Below, one piece after another: positions 25,722 to 38,857 of a stretch of DNA of 64,000 nucleotides. The notes below the pieces were generated by a model. That model was not told where the DNA came from and made no database searches. It saw only the letters and a program-made list of their open reading frames with translations. The translations under genes were made by a program, and so were the position numbers. The first letter of the stretch is position 1. The number at the start of each line of letters is the position of its first letter. Origin of the DNA: Macrostomum hystrix (taxonomy: Eukaryota; Animalia; Platyhelminthes). The DNA lies in NCBI GenBank assembly GCA_950097015.1, contig CATNEN010000003.1:14632001-14696000 (forward strand), read 5' to 3'.

Positions 25722-25839
25722 TTGTTCAAATCCAGCTTTCAATCTCAAAAAATCGTAATCGATTCGGCAGCACCCCGCAACTCAATCCATACTCACTTAA
25801 GTCCGTGGTACTGACTCGTACGAGACGCCGGTGCTGGCA

Positions 25840-26565
25840 TGAGAGAGAGGGAGAGAGGGAGAGGGAGGGAGAGAGTGAGAGAGGGAGAGAGTGAGAGAGG
25901 GAGAGAGGGAGAGAGGGAGAGAGGGAGAGACGGAGAAAGGGAGAGACGGAGAGAGTGAGAGAGGGAGAGAGTGAGAGAGGGAGAGAGTGAGAGAGGGAGA
26001 GAGTGAGAGAGGGAGAGAGTGAGAGAGTGAGAGAGGGAGAGAGGGAGAGAGGGAGAGAGTGAGAGAGGGAGAGAGCGAGAGAGGGAGAGAGGGAGAGAGC
26101 GAGAGAGGGAGAGAGGGAGAGAGCGAGAGAGGGAGAGAGGGAGAGAGCGAGAGAGCGAGAGAGGGAGAGAGGGAGAGAGCGAGAGAGGGAGAGAGGGAGA
26201 GAGGGAGAGAGGGAGAGAGGGAGAGAGCGAGAGAGGGAGAGAGGGAGAGAGCGAGAGAGGGAGAGAGGGAGAGAGCGAGAGAGGGAGAGAGGGAGAGAGC
26301 GAGAGAGGGAGAGAGGGAGAGAGGGAGAGAGGGAGAGAGCGAGAGAGGGAGAGAGTGAGAGAGGGAGAAAGGGAGAGAGGGAGAGAGGGAGAGGGAGAGA
26401 GGGAGAGAGGGAGAAAGGGAGAGACGGAGAGAGGGAGAGGGAGGGAGGGAGTGAGAGAGGGAGAGAGGGAGAGAGGGAGAGAGGGAGGGAGGGAGAGAGT
26501 GAGAGTTGGAGAGAGTGAGAGAGGGAGAAAGGGAGAGTGGGAGAGAGGGAGAGGGAGAGTAGAGA
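25840..26565. repeat. GA-rich 8-bp microsatellite (GAGAGAGG)n
   Basis: Polypurine tract read directly. Confidence 0.95.
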
Positions 26566-27163
26566 CAGGTGTGGCTAAGAGCAGAAAGCTAAATAGAGGA
26601 GCATAACGACTAGAGAATCAGAGAATGAGCAGCGAGCAGTAGACACATAACCAGAGAGGTAGATAGAGAGGAAAGGGAGACATGTGGATAGAGAAGGCTG
26701 GATTTAGATGGAGCGATGGACGAAAAGGCTATGCAGGCAACAGTTCCCTTTTTGAGCTGCAATCAATCGACAGATTGATAATTCCTCAAACTGTGGGATC
26801 ACGGCTCTAAAAAAAGCCTTTAGACAAGGCTTTGGCAGCGGCGGCGGGGACCCCCAGAATTTAGATTTGAGGCCGATGCTATCTCAATATATTCAGCTTC
26901 TATAAGCAGGTTGGTTGATTAATTTATGACAGAATTATATCATCAATCAGAATGTTTGGCGATATGACTAGACCAGGCAGCTATGCGGATATCAGGGCTA
27001 GGGGATGGGGCGGCATTTGCCGGGTGTTATAGTCAGACTTGTCAGATCTGGCCCATGCTAAACTCTCCAGAAATACAGAATCCTTCTTCCCCCCTTCCCA
27101 AAATAAATAAATTCCCCCGCTTTTGTTATTTTGAGGAAAAAAAGTAGCTTCAAATTCTCCAAT

Positions 27164-27292
27164 TTCTAAGAAATCGTTATCTAATACTGCTTGGGGAGAC
27201 GAGTGGCAGTCTCTCGCACCGAGGTTCCCGAGCTCGAATCCGGGGCTCTGGGGCGAGGCTAGATTAAACTATTTCTATACATATCGGCTCAT
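27164..27292 (+). mobile_element. tRNA-derived SINE family 2 fragment
   Basis: TCTAAGAAATCGTTATCTAA...GTCTCTCGCACCGAGGTTCCCGAGCTCGAATCC...ATACATATCGGCTCAT; homologous to the two 23.3-23.6 kb copies. Confidence 0.7.
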
Positions 27293-28436
27293 GAAAAAAA
27301 TGACATCAGAGAAACTTATCTGGAATACGCTCGTTGTATTCATTAAATGAAATTTAAGCTCGTATGTTGCTTAAAAAATTATATATCTGCATGCGTATTT
27401 CTAGGAATCGATGTCACCTAGTTACAACTATTTCTACACATATAGGCTAACTAATAAAATAAGCGAAACTTCTATAAAAAACAAAAAATCTTTGCACATT
27501 GAGGAACCTAATCCTATTCTAAAGGACGAGCAAAATTATTTTCCTTTCTATAGGAATCGACCCGCATTTCGATTTTATGCTCGGCTTACCAACGATATTA
27601 AACAAAAAAGCTAAGATCGCTTCAACGAATGGGAGTGAAAAATATCCTAAAGTTTCCATTTTCTGTTCACATCGGCTAAACCGATAAAATATCGATAAAA
27701 GAGCGAAAGAAAATATTTGTTTGCGAAAGCAAAGTGTCCTCAATTTCTATAAATTTACATACTTTACTTTAGTTAAAACTCTTTCTGAACTTTTGGGTTA
27801 ATCAACAAAACTCAGCAAGAAAGTCGAAGGAAAAAAAGACAACTTCTTTCTACTTTTTTATCTTCTCTCGGGAGAACATAAATTAGATCAGACAGGCCAT
27901 CTTGAGATGCAGCCCTTACGCCTTTGGTACTCTTTTGTCAATCAATCAATCAAATTATCGGAGATATAGACGCAGATTCGAACTTACGTCGAAAAGAAGA
28001 AGACTAAATTTTTCAAGCACTCTTCAGCACGCCTGGAAAGTTCTGTTCCTAATTTAGTTCCGTGTCCTGGATCGCTGTTATGGCGTTGATAACTAACTAG
28101 ATTACTTACTGAGCCTAGCGTGTCTTCAAACGAACCTATCTGTTGCATCTAATTCAACACGGCTCATGAAAGTCTGCTTCTCGAGCATGCTCTCTCAATC
28201 GTAGAGTTTCGAAATTGTTCGTAAGAAAATTTGATTAGTCAACTCTTGCTAGCAATCCATAGTTGAATTAAAAGGCGGACAAGCTGAGAGGTAAGTTGAA
28301 ACGCATCTGTTTCTTGCTCAAGAAAATATACTCGTTAGACAAATAGAAAAAGAAATTTTAACTCAAAAATATTTATTTCCACACAAGTGTTGGGGGTTTT
28401 GATATTCGAAAAGGTTGGGAGATAAGCGTGGGAGAG

Positions 28437-29428
28437 AGAGGGGAAGTGGACACAGGGGAAGTGGACACAGGGGAAGTGGACAGAGGGGAAGTGGACAGAG
28501 GGGAAGTGGACAGAGGGGAAGTGGACAGAGGGGAAGTGGACAGAGGGGAAGTGGACAGAGGGGAAGTGGACAGAGGGGAAGTGGACAGAGGGGAAGTGGA
28601 CAGAGGGGAAGTGGACAGAGGGGAAGTGGACAGAGGGGAAGTGGACAGAGGGGGAGTGGACAGAGGGGAAGTGGATAGAGGGGAAGTGGACAGAGGGGAA
28701 GTGGATAGAGGGGAAGTGGATAGAGGGGAAGTGGACAGAGGGGAAGTGGATAGAGGGGAAGTGGAAATAGGAGAAGTGGACCGAGGGGAAGTGGACAGAG
28801 GGGAAGTGGACAGAGGGGAAGTGGACAGAGGGGGAGTGGACAGAGGGGAAGTGGATAGAGGGGAAGTGGATAGAGGGGAGGTGGATAGAGGGGAAGTGGA
28901 CAGAGGGGAAGTGGATAGAGGGGAAGTGGAAATAGGAGAAGTGGACCGAGGGGAAGTGGACAGAGGGGAAGTGGACAGAGGGGAAGTGGACAGAGGGGAA
29001 GTGGATAGAGGGGAAGTGGACAGAGGGGAAGTGGATAGAGGGGAAGTGGATGGAGGGGAAGTGGACAGAGGGGAAGTGGACAGAGGGGGAGTGGACAGAG
29101 GGGAAGTGGATAGAGGGGAAGTGGATAGAGGGGAGGTGGATAGAGGGGAAGTGGACAGAGGGGAAGTGGATAGAGGGGAAGTGGAAATAGGAGAAGTGGA
29201 CCGAGGGGAAGTGGACAGAGGGGAAGTGGACAGAGGGGAAGTGGACAGAGGGGAAGTGGATAGAGGGGAAGTGGACAGAGGGGAAGTGGATAGAGGGGAA
29301 GTGGATGGAGGGGAAGTGGACAGAGGGGAAGTGGATAGAGGGGAAGTGGATAGAGGGGAAGTGGACAGAGGGGAAGTGGACAGAGGGGAAGTGGACAGAG
29401 GGGAAGTGGAAATAGGAGAAGTGGAGAG
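28437..29428. repeat. 15-bp G-rich minisatellite (GGGGAAGTGGACAGA)n
   Basis: Tandem units read directly. Confidence 0.95.
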
Positions 29429-29947
29429 AAGGGAAGGTGGGAGAGAAGGGAAGTGGGAGAGCGGGACATAAGAGACAGAGGCAGGTTGAGTTGAGATGTT
29501 TGAAAAAGCGAAAAAAACTATGAAAGAGGTAAGAAAAGTGGGCCGAATCGTACGGCGGGATATTTACTAGCGCGAAAACGGGAGGATCAGAGCAGAGGGA
29601 AACGGAAGCAGCCAAGTCATTGATTCGCATTGGGGATAAGATAGGAGGGCTGTTGGGAGGCAGAAATTCGACGGGACGAGAAAGGATGGGCAGCAAGTCA
29701 GATCTCGATAAGCCTCGGCTTTCCTAGAATCGTGACTCAACTCAAACTGCCACTAAACAGTAGAAACGGCTTAGCTGCCTTTACTCTTAGCTGTCTCAAT
29801 GACAGGGCTCACGTGACTTGTCTGTGAGTAAGCCCTTCGCTAGATGCGATTCAGTCAGTGAGAAGTGCTTGTGTCGAAATGCAAGTTTAATTAGTTCAAT
29901 TCACTAACTAAGGAAGCGATATAAGGCGTAGATGTGGTCAGGGAGAA

Positions 29948-30670
29948 CTGAGACAGGGGAGAGATGAGACAGGGGAGATATGAGACAGGGGAGAGATGAG
30001 ACAGGGGAGAGATGAGACAGGGGAGAGATGAGACAGGGGAGAGATGAGACAAGGTAGAGATGAGACAGGGGAGAGATGAGACAGGGGAGAGATGAGACAG
30101 GGGAGAGATGAGACAGGGGAGAGATGAGACAGGGGAGAGATGAGACAGGGGAGAGATTAGACAGGGGAGAGATGAGACAGGGGAGAGATGAGACAGGGGA
30201 GAGATGAGACAGGGGAGAGATGAGACAAGGTAGAGATGAGACAGGGGAGAGATGAGACAGGGGAGAGATGAGACAGGGGAGAGATGAGACAGGGGAGAGA
30301 TGAGACAGGGGAGAGATGAGACAGGGGAGAGATGAGACAGGGGAGAGATTAGACAGGGGAGAGATGAGACAGGGGAGAGATGAGACAGGGGAGAGATGAG
30401 ACACGGGAGAGATGAGACACGGGAGAGATGAGACAGAGGAGAGATGAGACAATAGAGAGATAAGACAGTATTAGAGAAATATGACAGAGGAGAGATGGGA
30501 CAGAGGAGAGATGGGACAGGGGAGAGATGAGACAGGGAAGAGATAAGACAGGGGAGATGAGACAGGGGAGAGATTAGAGGTGGGAGAGATGAGAGAGAGA
30601 GGAGAGATGAGACAGGGGAGAGATGAGATTAGACACGGCAGGGATCAGATGAGACAGTGGGGAAATGAGA
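29948..30670 (-). repeat. 16-bp minisatellite family, reverse orientation
   Basis: (GGGAGAGATGAGACAG)n. Confidence 0.95.
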
Positions 30671-31559
30671 CGGGTAAAGTTAAATCTCGGTTGGTACATG
30701 TCGGTGTGGAGGGCTGGAGTGCCGGATTGAGTAGCTTTGGGGCGCGGCATCCTGCCCGCAGGGATAGGAGACAGCTGAGTATTTCCCGAAGATCCAGACC
30801 GAATTAATAGATCATCACAAATAGACAAAGTGTGAGTCAATGTTTGTTTTTAGAAGACTGTCTGCTGTCATCGCTGCTTCTGCCGCTGCTGCTGCTGTTG
30901 CTCAATCCTCATCTTGATTGATCTGAACTAAACGCCCATTCTATTATCCTACACTTATCTATATCTACTTTCTTCGCAAGGCTAATAAGATGGTGGTCAG
31001 GGTGAGTCAAGTATCCCAAAATCGTCCTCTATCTTATCCCCAGCTCAAGCTATATCCTTAACTGTCGTCTCTATTTACTTGAGTAGCTCGGTAGTTCAAA
31101 TTGAGACTACATACGAGGAAGTGACTCACATGTCGGCTGTGTAAAGTCGATATAGATAAGTACGATAATATATATATATATATATCGGTATAAATTTCCA
31201 AGAATACATAAGTACTCGCTGTTAAATATAGTTGTCGGAGTACAAAAAATACTTCCTATCTTTAATTAAGTTTCACACGTGTAAAGTTCATTTGCACCAA
31301 AATGAAATTCGTCAGACAGACAGTAAGTTTCAACGACAACAGCCCGATTATTATCTGTTACTGCAATTGATTAAAAAATTATCACAAAGCGGGTCTTTTT
31401 CTCATACTTGGCAAGAAAAATATTGACGTGACATTGACAGCTGCAAGGAAGATATCACACCAGACCTTAACCCATGGCTGAAATTGTTTTTTAGGGAGTA
31501 ACAAAGTAAATTATATTTAGAATATAAACTTCATATTGACTGAATCCACTTGAAAATAG

Positions 31560-32839
31560 AAGCTGAGGTGCTGAAGGATTTGAAGCTGAGGCACTGAAGG
31601 ATTTGAAGCTGAGGCACTGAAGTATTTGAAGCTGAGTAACTGAAGGATTTGAAGCTGAGTAACTGAAGGATTTGAAACTGAGGCACTGAAGGATTTGAAG
31701 CTGAGTAACTGAAGGATTTGAAGCTGAGGAACTGAAGGATTTGAAGCTAAGTAACTGAAGGATTTGAAACTGAGGCACTGAAGGATTTGAAGCTGAGGAA
31801 CTGAAGGATTTGAAGCTGAGGCACTGAAGGATTTAAAACTGAGGCACTGAAGGATTTGAAGCTGAGTAACTGAAGGATCTGAAGCTGAGGAACTGAAGGA
31901 TTTGAAGCTGAGGCACTGAAGGATTTGAAGCTGAGTAACTGAAGGATTTGAAGCTGAGTAACTGAAGGATTTGAAGCTGAGTAACTGAGGATTTGAAACT
32001 GAGGCACTGAAGGATTTGAAGCTGAGGAACTGAAGGATTTGAAGCTGAGGAACTGAAGGATTTGAAGCTGAGGCACTGAAGGATTTGAAGCTGAGGCACT
32101 GAAGGATTTGAAGCTGAGGCACTGAAGGATTTGAAGCTGTGTAACTGAAGGATTTGAAGCTGAGGCACTGAAGGATTTGAAGCTGAGGTGCTGAAGGATT
32201 TGAAGCTGAGTAACTGAAGGATTTAAAACTGAGGCACTGAAGTATTTGAAGCTGAGGAACTGAAGGATTTGAAGCTATGGCACTGAAGGATTTGAAGCTG
32301 AGTAACTGAAGGATTTGAAGCTGAGGCACTGAAGGATTTGAAGCTGAGGGACTGAAGGATTTGAAGCTGAGGAACTGAAGGATTTGAAGCTGAGGCACTG
32401 AAGGATTTGAAGCTGAGGCACTGAAGGATTTGAAGCTGAGGCACTGAAGGATTTGAAGCTGAGTAACTGAAGGATTTGAAGCTGAGGCACTGAAGGATTT
32501 GAAGCTGAGGTGCTGAAGGATTTGAAGCTGAGTAACTGAAGGATTTAAAACTGAGGCACTGAAGTATTTGAAGCTGAGGAACTGAAGGATTTGAAGCTAT
32601 GGCACTGAAGGATTTGAAGCTGAGTAACTGAAGGATTTGAAGCTGAGTAACTGAAGGATTTGAAGCTGAGGGACTGAAGGATTTGAAGCTGAGGAACTGA
32701 AGGATTTGAAGCTGAGGCACTGAAGGATTTGAAGCTGAGGCACTGAAGGATTTGAAGCTGAGGCACTGAAGGATTTGAAGCTGAGGCACTGAAGGATTTG
32801 AAGCTGAGTAACTGAAGGATTTGAAGCTATGGCACTGAA
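31560..32839. repeat. 23-bp minisatellite (TGAAGCTGAGGCACTGAAGGATT)n
   Basis: Tandem units read directly. Confidence 0.95.
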
Positions 32840-33480
32840 TAGTTAGACGCAGCTAGTGTGAGTTCATCAAGAGGAAAAATAATGTTATGAAGCGAGACGC
32901 TGCCTACCGACCTGCGCGCTAACAAAGCATGCCGCGGCTTCTTTGTAAGATTGAGAACTGAGGAAAAAATGGGATAAAAGTAGCGGAATCTGTTGCAGCA
33001 GCCGCAGCATTGTGACACAATTAGATTTTTGTTGCAAAGCAGACAAACAGGAAACACACACACGCAGACAAGCAGACATTAGGGAAATACAATGAAAGCA
33101 CAATGTTTAGGCAGACAATTTTAATAATTTTACCTTCCCTACTCACTGAGCTATAACGAAAAAAAGAAGAACGGATCTGATGAAGACTGACAAAGAGGTC
33201 TGAGTATAAAAGGACTTGAAATCTATTGAAATTTCTACTCCTAATTCTGCTTTTTTCTAATATAAAATATTCCGACTCTACCTGTCCGTCTGTCTGTCTC
33301 ACAAATATAAAGCAGTCTCACACCAACCCCAGTGACTCATTCAATTCTTCGCGACGGAGTAAATTACAAATTATAAAAAATGCTTAATATACCTTAGGTA
33401 GATTAACTTGAATTTGAAACTAGTACTTTCAGTGACTCTAAAAATTCCGATTCAAAGCATAACTTCTGCAATTTCTGCAT

Positions 33481-35213
33481 CCCTCATCTCTGCAATCACT
33501 CTCCCTCATCTCTCCAATCACTCTCCCTCATCTCTCCGATCACTCTCCCTCATCTCTCCAATCACTCTCCCTCATCTCTCCAATCACTCTCCCTCATCTC
33601 TCCAATCACTCTCCCTCATCTCTCCAATCACTCTCCCTCATCTCTCCAATCACTCTCCGTCATCTCTCCAATCACTCTCCCTCATCTCTCCAATCACTCT
33701 CCCTCATCTCTCCAATCACTCTCCCTCATCTCTCCAATCACTCTCCCTCATCTCTCCAATCACTCTCCCTCATCTCTCCAATCATTCTCCCTCATCTCTC
33801 CGATCATTCCCCCTCATCTCTCCAATCACTCTCCCTCATCTCTCCAATCATTCTCCCTCATCTCTCCGATCATTCCCCCTCATCTCTCCGATCACTCTCC
33901 CTCATCTCTCCAATCACTCTCCGTCATCTCTCCGATCATTCCCCCTCATCTTTCCAATCACTCTCCCTCATCTCTCCGATCACTCTCCCTCATCTCTCCA
34001 ATCACTCTCCCTCATCTCTCCAATCACTCTCCCTCATCTCTCCAATCACTCTCCCTCATCTCTCCAATCACTCTCCCTCATCTCTCCAATCACTCTCCCT
34101 CATCTCTCCAATCACTCTCCCTCATCTCTCCAATCACTCTCCCTCATCTCTCCAATCACTCTCCCTCATCTCTCCAATCACTCTCCCTCATCTCTCCAAT
34201 CACTCTCCCTCATCTCTCCAATCACTCTCCCTCATCTCTCCGATCATTCCCCCTCATCTCTCCGATCACTCTCCCTCATCTCTCCAATCACTCTCCCTCA
34301 TCTCTCCAATCATTCTCCCTCATCTCTCCGATCATTCCCCCTTATCTCTCCGATCACTCTCCCTCATCTCTCCAATCACTCTCCGTCATCTCTCCGATCA
34401 TTCCCCCTCATCTTTCCAATCACTCTCCCTCATCTCTCCGATCATTCCCCCTCATCTCTCCGATCACTCTCCCTCATCTCTCCAATCACTCTCCCTCATC
34501 TCTCCAATCATTCTCCCTCATCTCTCCGATCATTCCCCCTTATCTCTCCGATCACTCTCCCTCATCTCTCCAATCACTCTCCGTCATCTCTCCGATCATT
34601 CCCCCTCATCTTTCCAATCACTCTCCCTCATCTCTCCAATCACTCTCCCTCATCTCTCCGATCATTCCCCCTCATCTCTCCGATCACTCTCCCTCATCTC
34701 TCCAATCACTCTCCCTCATCTCTCCAATCACTCTCCCTCATCTCTCCAATCACTCTCCCTCATCTCTCCAATCACTCTCCCTCATCTCTCCAATCACTCT
34801 CCCTCATCTCTCCAATCACTCTCCGTCATCTCTCCGATCATTCCCCCTCATCTTTCCAATCACTCTCCCTCATCTCTCCGATCATTCCCCCTCATCTCTC
34901 CGATCACTCTCCCTCATCTCTCCAATCACTCTCCCTCATCTCTCCAATCACTCTCCCTCATCTATCCAATCACTCTCCCTCATCTCTCCAATCACTCTCC
35001 CTCATCTCTCCAATCACTCTCCGTCATCTCTCCAATCACTCTCCCTCATCTCTCCGATCATTCCCCCTCATCTCTCCAATCACTCTCCCTCATCTCTCCA
35101 ATCACTCTCCGTCATCTCTCCGATCATTCCCCCTCATCTCTCCGATCATTCCCCCTCATCTCTCCGATCACTCTCCCTCATCTCTCTCCAATCACTCTCC
35201 CTCATTTTCTCCC
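33481..35213. repeat. 22-bp minisatellite (CCCTCATCTCTCCAATCACTCT)n
   Basis: Tandem units; shares the CTCATCTCTCC core with the 16-bp family. Confidence 0.95.
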
Positions 35214-35767
35214 TAAGCTATTTATTTTTCTTTCATATTTTCTATTTCGCGCAGATGCGAAACAGTCTTTCTAAGCTCGGACAAAAGCGAAAAAATAGAG
35301 TGAAATATAAATAATTAACAAATAAAATATGTCTCAAATAGGCATCGATTTGTCACCTTCATAAAAACAAACAAAATTGAAGGTAAAAACTTTTCAATTT
35401 TTGCCTTAATTATTTATTAAATTAAAAAACAATATCTTGGCTCAACAGAATTAACAAAAAGTGGTAGATTCATGACTCATGTTTAGCCAATCCGATTTCA
35501 AAAAGATCTTCCAGTTTTGAAAAATTTCGGCACGCAAATTTATTTCGCGCTGGCAAAACATGTGGCTAGCAGCTGTCAAATCAAGCCGTTATTCCTGACT
35601 GAACTGGGAAAATGGGGAAACTTCCTGTATATTTTTTCTGTACGGTAAATAATTCCCCGATTGATGACACATGCTTAGTTATCTACATAATAAGTTGGAA
35701 ATTTTATTTATACCGCTACACAGCGAGATATTGTCTGTCTGGGATTTGGATTATTAGATTCCGAATA

Positions 35768-36216
35768 AGGATTTCCAGGTTACGGGATTGGGGATTTCCA
35801 GGTTACGGGATTGGGGATTTCCAGGTTACGGGATTGGGGATTTCCAGGTTACGGGATTGAGGATTTCCAGGTTACGGGATTGGGGATTTCCAGGTTACGG
35901 GATTGGGGATTTCCAGGATACGGGATTGGGGATTTCCAGGATACGGGATCGGGGATTTCCAGGTTACGGGATTGGGGATTTTCAGGTTACGGGATTGGGG
36001 ATTTCCAGGTTACGGGTTTAGGGATTTCCAGGATACGGGATTGGGGATTTCCAGGTTACGGGATTGGGGATTTTCAGGTTACGGGATTGGGGATTTCTTG
36101 GTTACGGGATTGGGGATTTCCAGGTTACGGGATTGAGGCTTTCCAGGTTACGGGATTGGGGATTTCCAGGTTACGGGATTGGGATTTCCAGGTTACGGGA
36201 TTGGGGATTTCCAAGT
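35768..36216. repeat. 23-bp minisatellite (GGGGATTTCCAGGTTACGGGATT)n
   Basis: Tandem units read directly. Confidence 0.95.
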
Positions 36217-36418
36217 TCTGAATTGGTTTAAAGATTTAAGAGGGATATCCAGATTTCAAATATTCTAAACAGAATCAGAGCGTTGTTTAATCTTTTCGAT
36301 ACATATAGGCCAACTTAAGTTTTTCGATACATATCGTCAGTTTTATAAAAACTGTGTCGCAAAGGTTTATTCAAAGCACTAAAAGAGTACATTAAATGGC
36401 CTCAGCCATCCAGTGAAA

Positions 36419-36972
36419 CTATCTGAGAGTCAGACCGGGCACAAATTTCTGCAGCATAATTCTCAGCCGTGATTGCACACTGTGAGCAGTGAGCGAGTCC
36501 AATGCTGCCCAACGATTCACATAGACTAGACGATAACAGAGACCAATAGAATCTGCCTGCTGATTATAGACGTCAATTAATTGCACCGAAGCTACACTTA
36601 AGTCTGACAAAGCCAGAGCAAAGCCAACAATTTGCCGATTCAGTTTAATCAGATTATCATTCGTTGTAAAATCTTGATTTCTAATCCAAAAGCTAACATC
36701 GTGACAGTGTCGCAATGGCCAAGGAGGCGATGGTATCTGTCCATTGTCTGGCATTGGATTGGTCGGTAGCAGCAGCAGCAGCAGAGACAGTGGCGGAATC
36801 AGAACAGCTCTAGTCTTGATTGAATTGTCCAATTTTATAAGGGCAGTTTCAGCGCCTAACAAAGTTGGGTTATCAATAGGACCGCATAGCAACAGCCAGG
36901 CGATTCGTATTTGGTTGCCATGACAGCTAGGCAGAGGAAGTGTCAGTCCGCCGGCGTCAAAAATTTGTTGAG
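36419..36972 (-). CDS. FDXACB1: FDXACB1 exon 6 (ferredoxin-fold anticodon-binding domain, stop)
   Basis: ACAG| acceptor, phase 1; HDVSFW...VQLIDVY...LCYRLVY...LTLR* is an FDX-ACB domain; AATAAA at 36371-36366. Confidence 0.9.
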
Positions 36973-37045
36973 CTGTGTTGAAATGTTAAATAAAAGTAGA
37001 TAATAAAAAAATATTAATTCTCAAAAAAGAATCTACAGACTTAGA

Positions 37046-37345
37046 AAAGAAGGGAGAGAAGGGAGAGAAGGGAGAGAAGGGAGAGAAGGGAGAGAAGGGA
37101 GAGAACAGAGAGAAGGGAGAGAAGGGAGACAAGGAGAGAAGGGAGAAAAGAGAGAGAAGGGAGAGAAGGGAGACAAGGGAGACAAGGAGAGAAGGGAGAA
37201 AAGAGAGAGAAGGGAGAGAAGGGAGACAAGGGAGACAAGGGAGAGAAGGGAGAGAAGGGAGAGAACGGAGAGAAGGGAGAGAACGGAGAGAAGGGAGAGA
37301 ACGGAGAGAAGGGAGAGAAGGGAGAGTAGACTAGAAGGGAGACAA
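37046..37345. repeat. 9-bp polypurine repeat (AGAAGGGAG)n
   Basis: In FDXACB1 intron 5. Confidence 0.9.
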
Positions 37346-37933
37346 ACCAAAGATATGAGAGAGTAGAAGGGTAGAAAGGGTAGAGTGGGGGGAATGGGCA
37401 GAGGGGAGAGCAGTAGGAATAGAATGAAAAGAAGACAAAAAGAAGAGAACAGTAGATAAGCGGTTGGAAATGAGAGCGAAATAAATTTAGATGAGCAGAA
37501 GACACCATATTTAGAGTAGACAGATCAAAGGAAAGCAAATGAGACGAACACAAAAAATAAGAATGAAATATGTATCGAAATATTGACAAGATCAATCGAT
37601 AGATCATACAATTTTTAATACGTATCTCTGGGATAGGATCCCAGAAGACCTATTAAACACACAGAGACAGAAAAAAAATTTGACCCATTTAAAGGGCTTC
37701 AAGAATATAGTCACAGAGAGGAGAGAGAGACAGGCCAATAGATACATGCGGAATTATTAATTGTAGACAATATATACCGGCTGAAATAATGCGACACCAA
37801 AGCCACTGATCAGAGTGACACCTCAGGAAATCAACCGACTGCTTGAGTATGAGTCATAAACTATTGACAACTGAGCAATGTAACTCTGGTAATTATTGCT
37901 AAGCTGTAGTATCAAAAAATTATTGTATCCGGA

Positions 37934-38820
37934 CTGTGTTCTAATATTCAGATTCTGTTCTACTATCTATAGATTGTGTTATAATATCTAGATTGTGTTC
38001 TAATATCTAGATTGTGTCCTAGTATCTAGATTGTGTTATAATATCTAGATTGTGTTCTAATATCTAGATTGTGTCCTAGAATCTAGATTGTGTTCTAATA
38101 TCTAGATTGTGTTCTAATATCTAGATTGTGCTCTAATATCTAGATTGTGTCCTAGTATCTAGATTGTGTTCTAATATCTAGATTGTGTCCTAGTATCTAG
38201 ATTGTGTTCTAGTATCTAGATTGTGTTCTAATATCTAGATTGTGTCCTAGTATCTAGATTGTGTTCTAGTATCTAGATTGTGTTCTAGTATCTATAGATT
38301 GTGTTCTAATATATAGATTGTGTCCTAGTATCTAGATTGTGTTCTAATATCTAGATTGTGCTCTAATATCTAGATTGTGTCCTAGTATCTAGATTGTGTT
38401 CTAATATCTAGATTGTGTCCTAGTATCTAGATTGTGTTCTAGTATCTAGATTGTGTTCTAATATCTAGATTGTGTCCTAGTATCTAGATTGTGTTCTAGT
38501 ATCTAGATTGTGTTCTAGTATCTATAGATTGTGTTCTAATATCTAGATTGTGTCCTAGTATCTAGATTGTGTTCTAATATCTAGATTGTGTTCTAATATC
38601 TAGATTGTGTCCTAGTATCTAGATTGTGTTCTAATATCTAGATTGTGTCCTAGTATCTAGATTGTGTTCTAGTATCTAGATTGTGTTCTAGTATCTATAG
38701 ATTGTGTTCTAATATCTAGATTGTGTCCTAGTATCTAGATTGTGTCCTAGTATCTAGATTGTGTTCTAATATCTAGATTGTGTCCTAGCATCTATAGACT
38801 GTGTTCTAATATCTAGATTA
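37934..38820. repeat. 19-bp minisatellite (ATATCTAGATTGTGTTCTA)n
   Basis: In FDXACB1 intron 5. Confidence 0.95.
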
Positions 38821-38857
38821 AAGCAAAGACAAAATCACAGGACAAACACAAACCTAC

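Noticed and set aside
33408-35216. 602-aa ORF and the other long periodic ORFs (146-718, 11003-11950, 18303-19403, 28335-29696, 31491-32789, 55761-56852, 60297-60984, 62661-63928)
   Set aside because: Translations of minisatellites, often open in several frames, with peptide period set by the DNA unit; no domain or splice support
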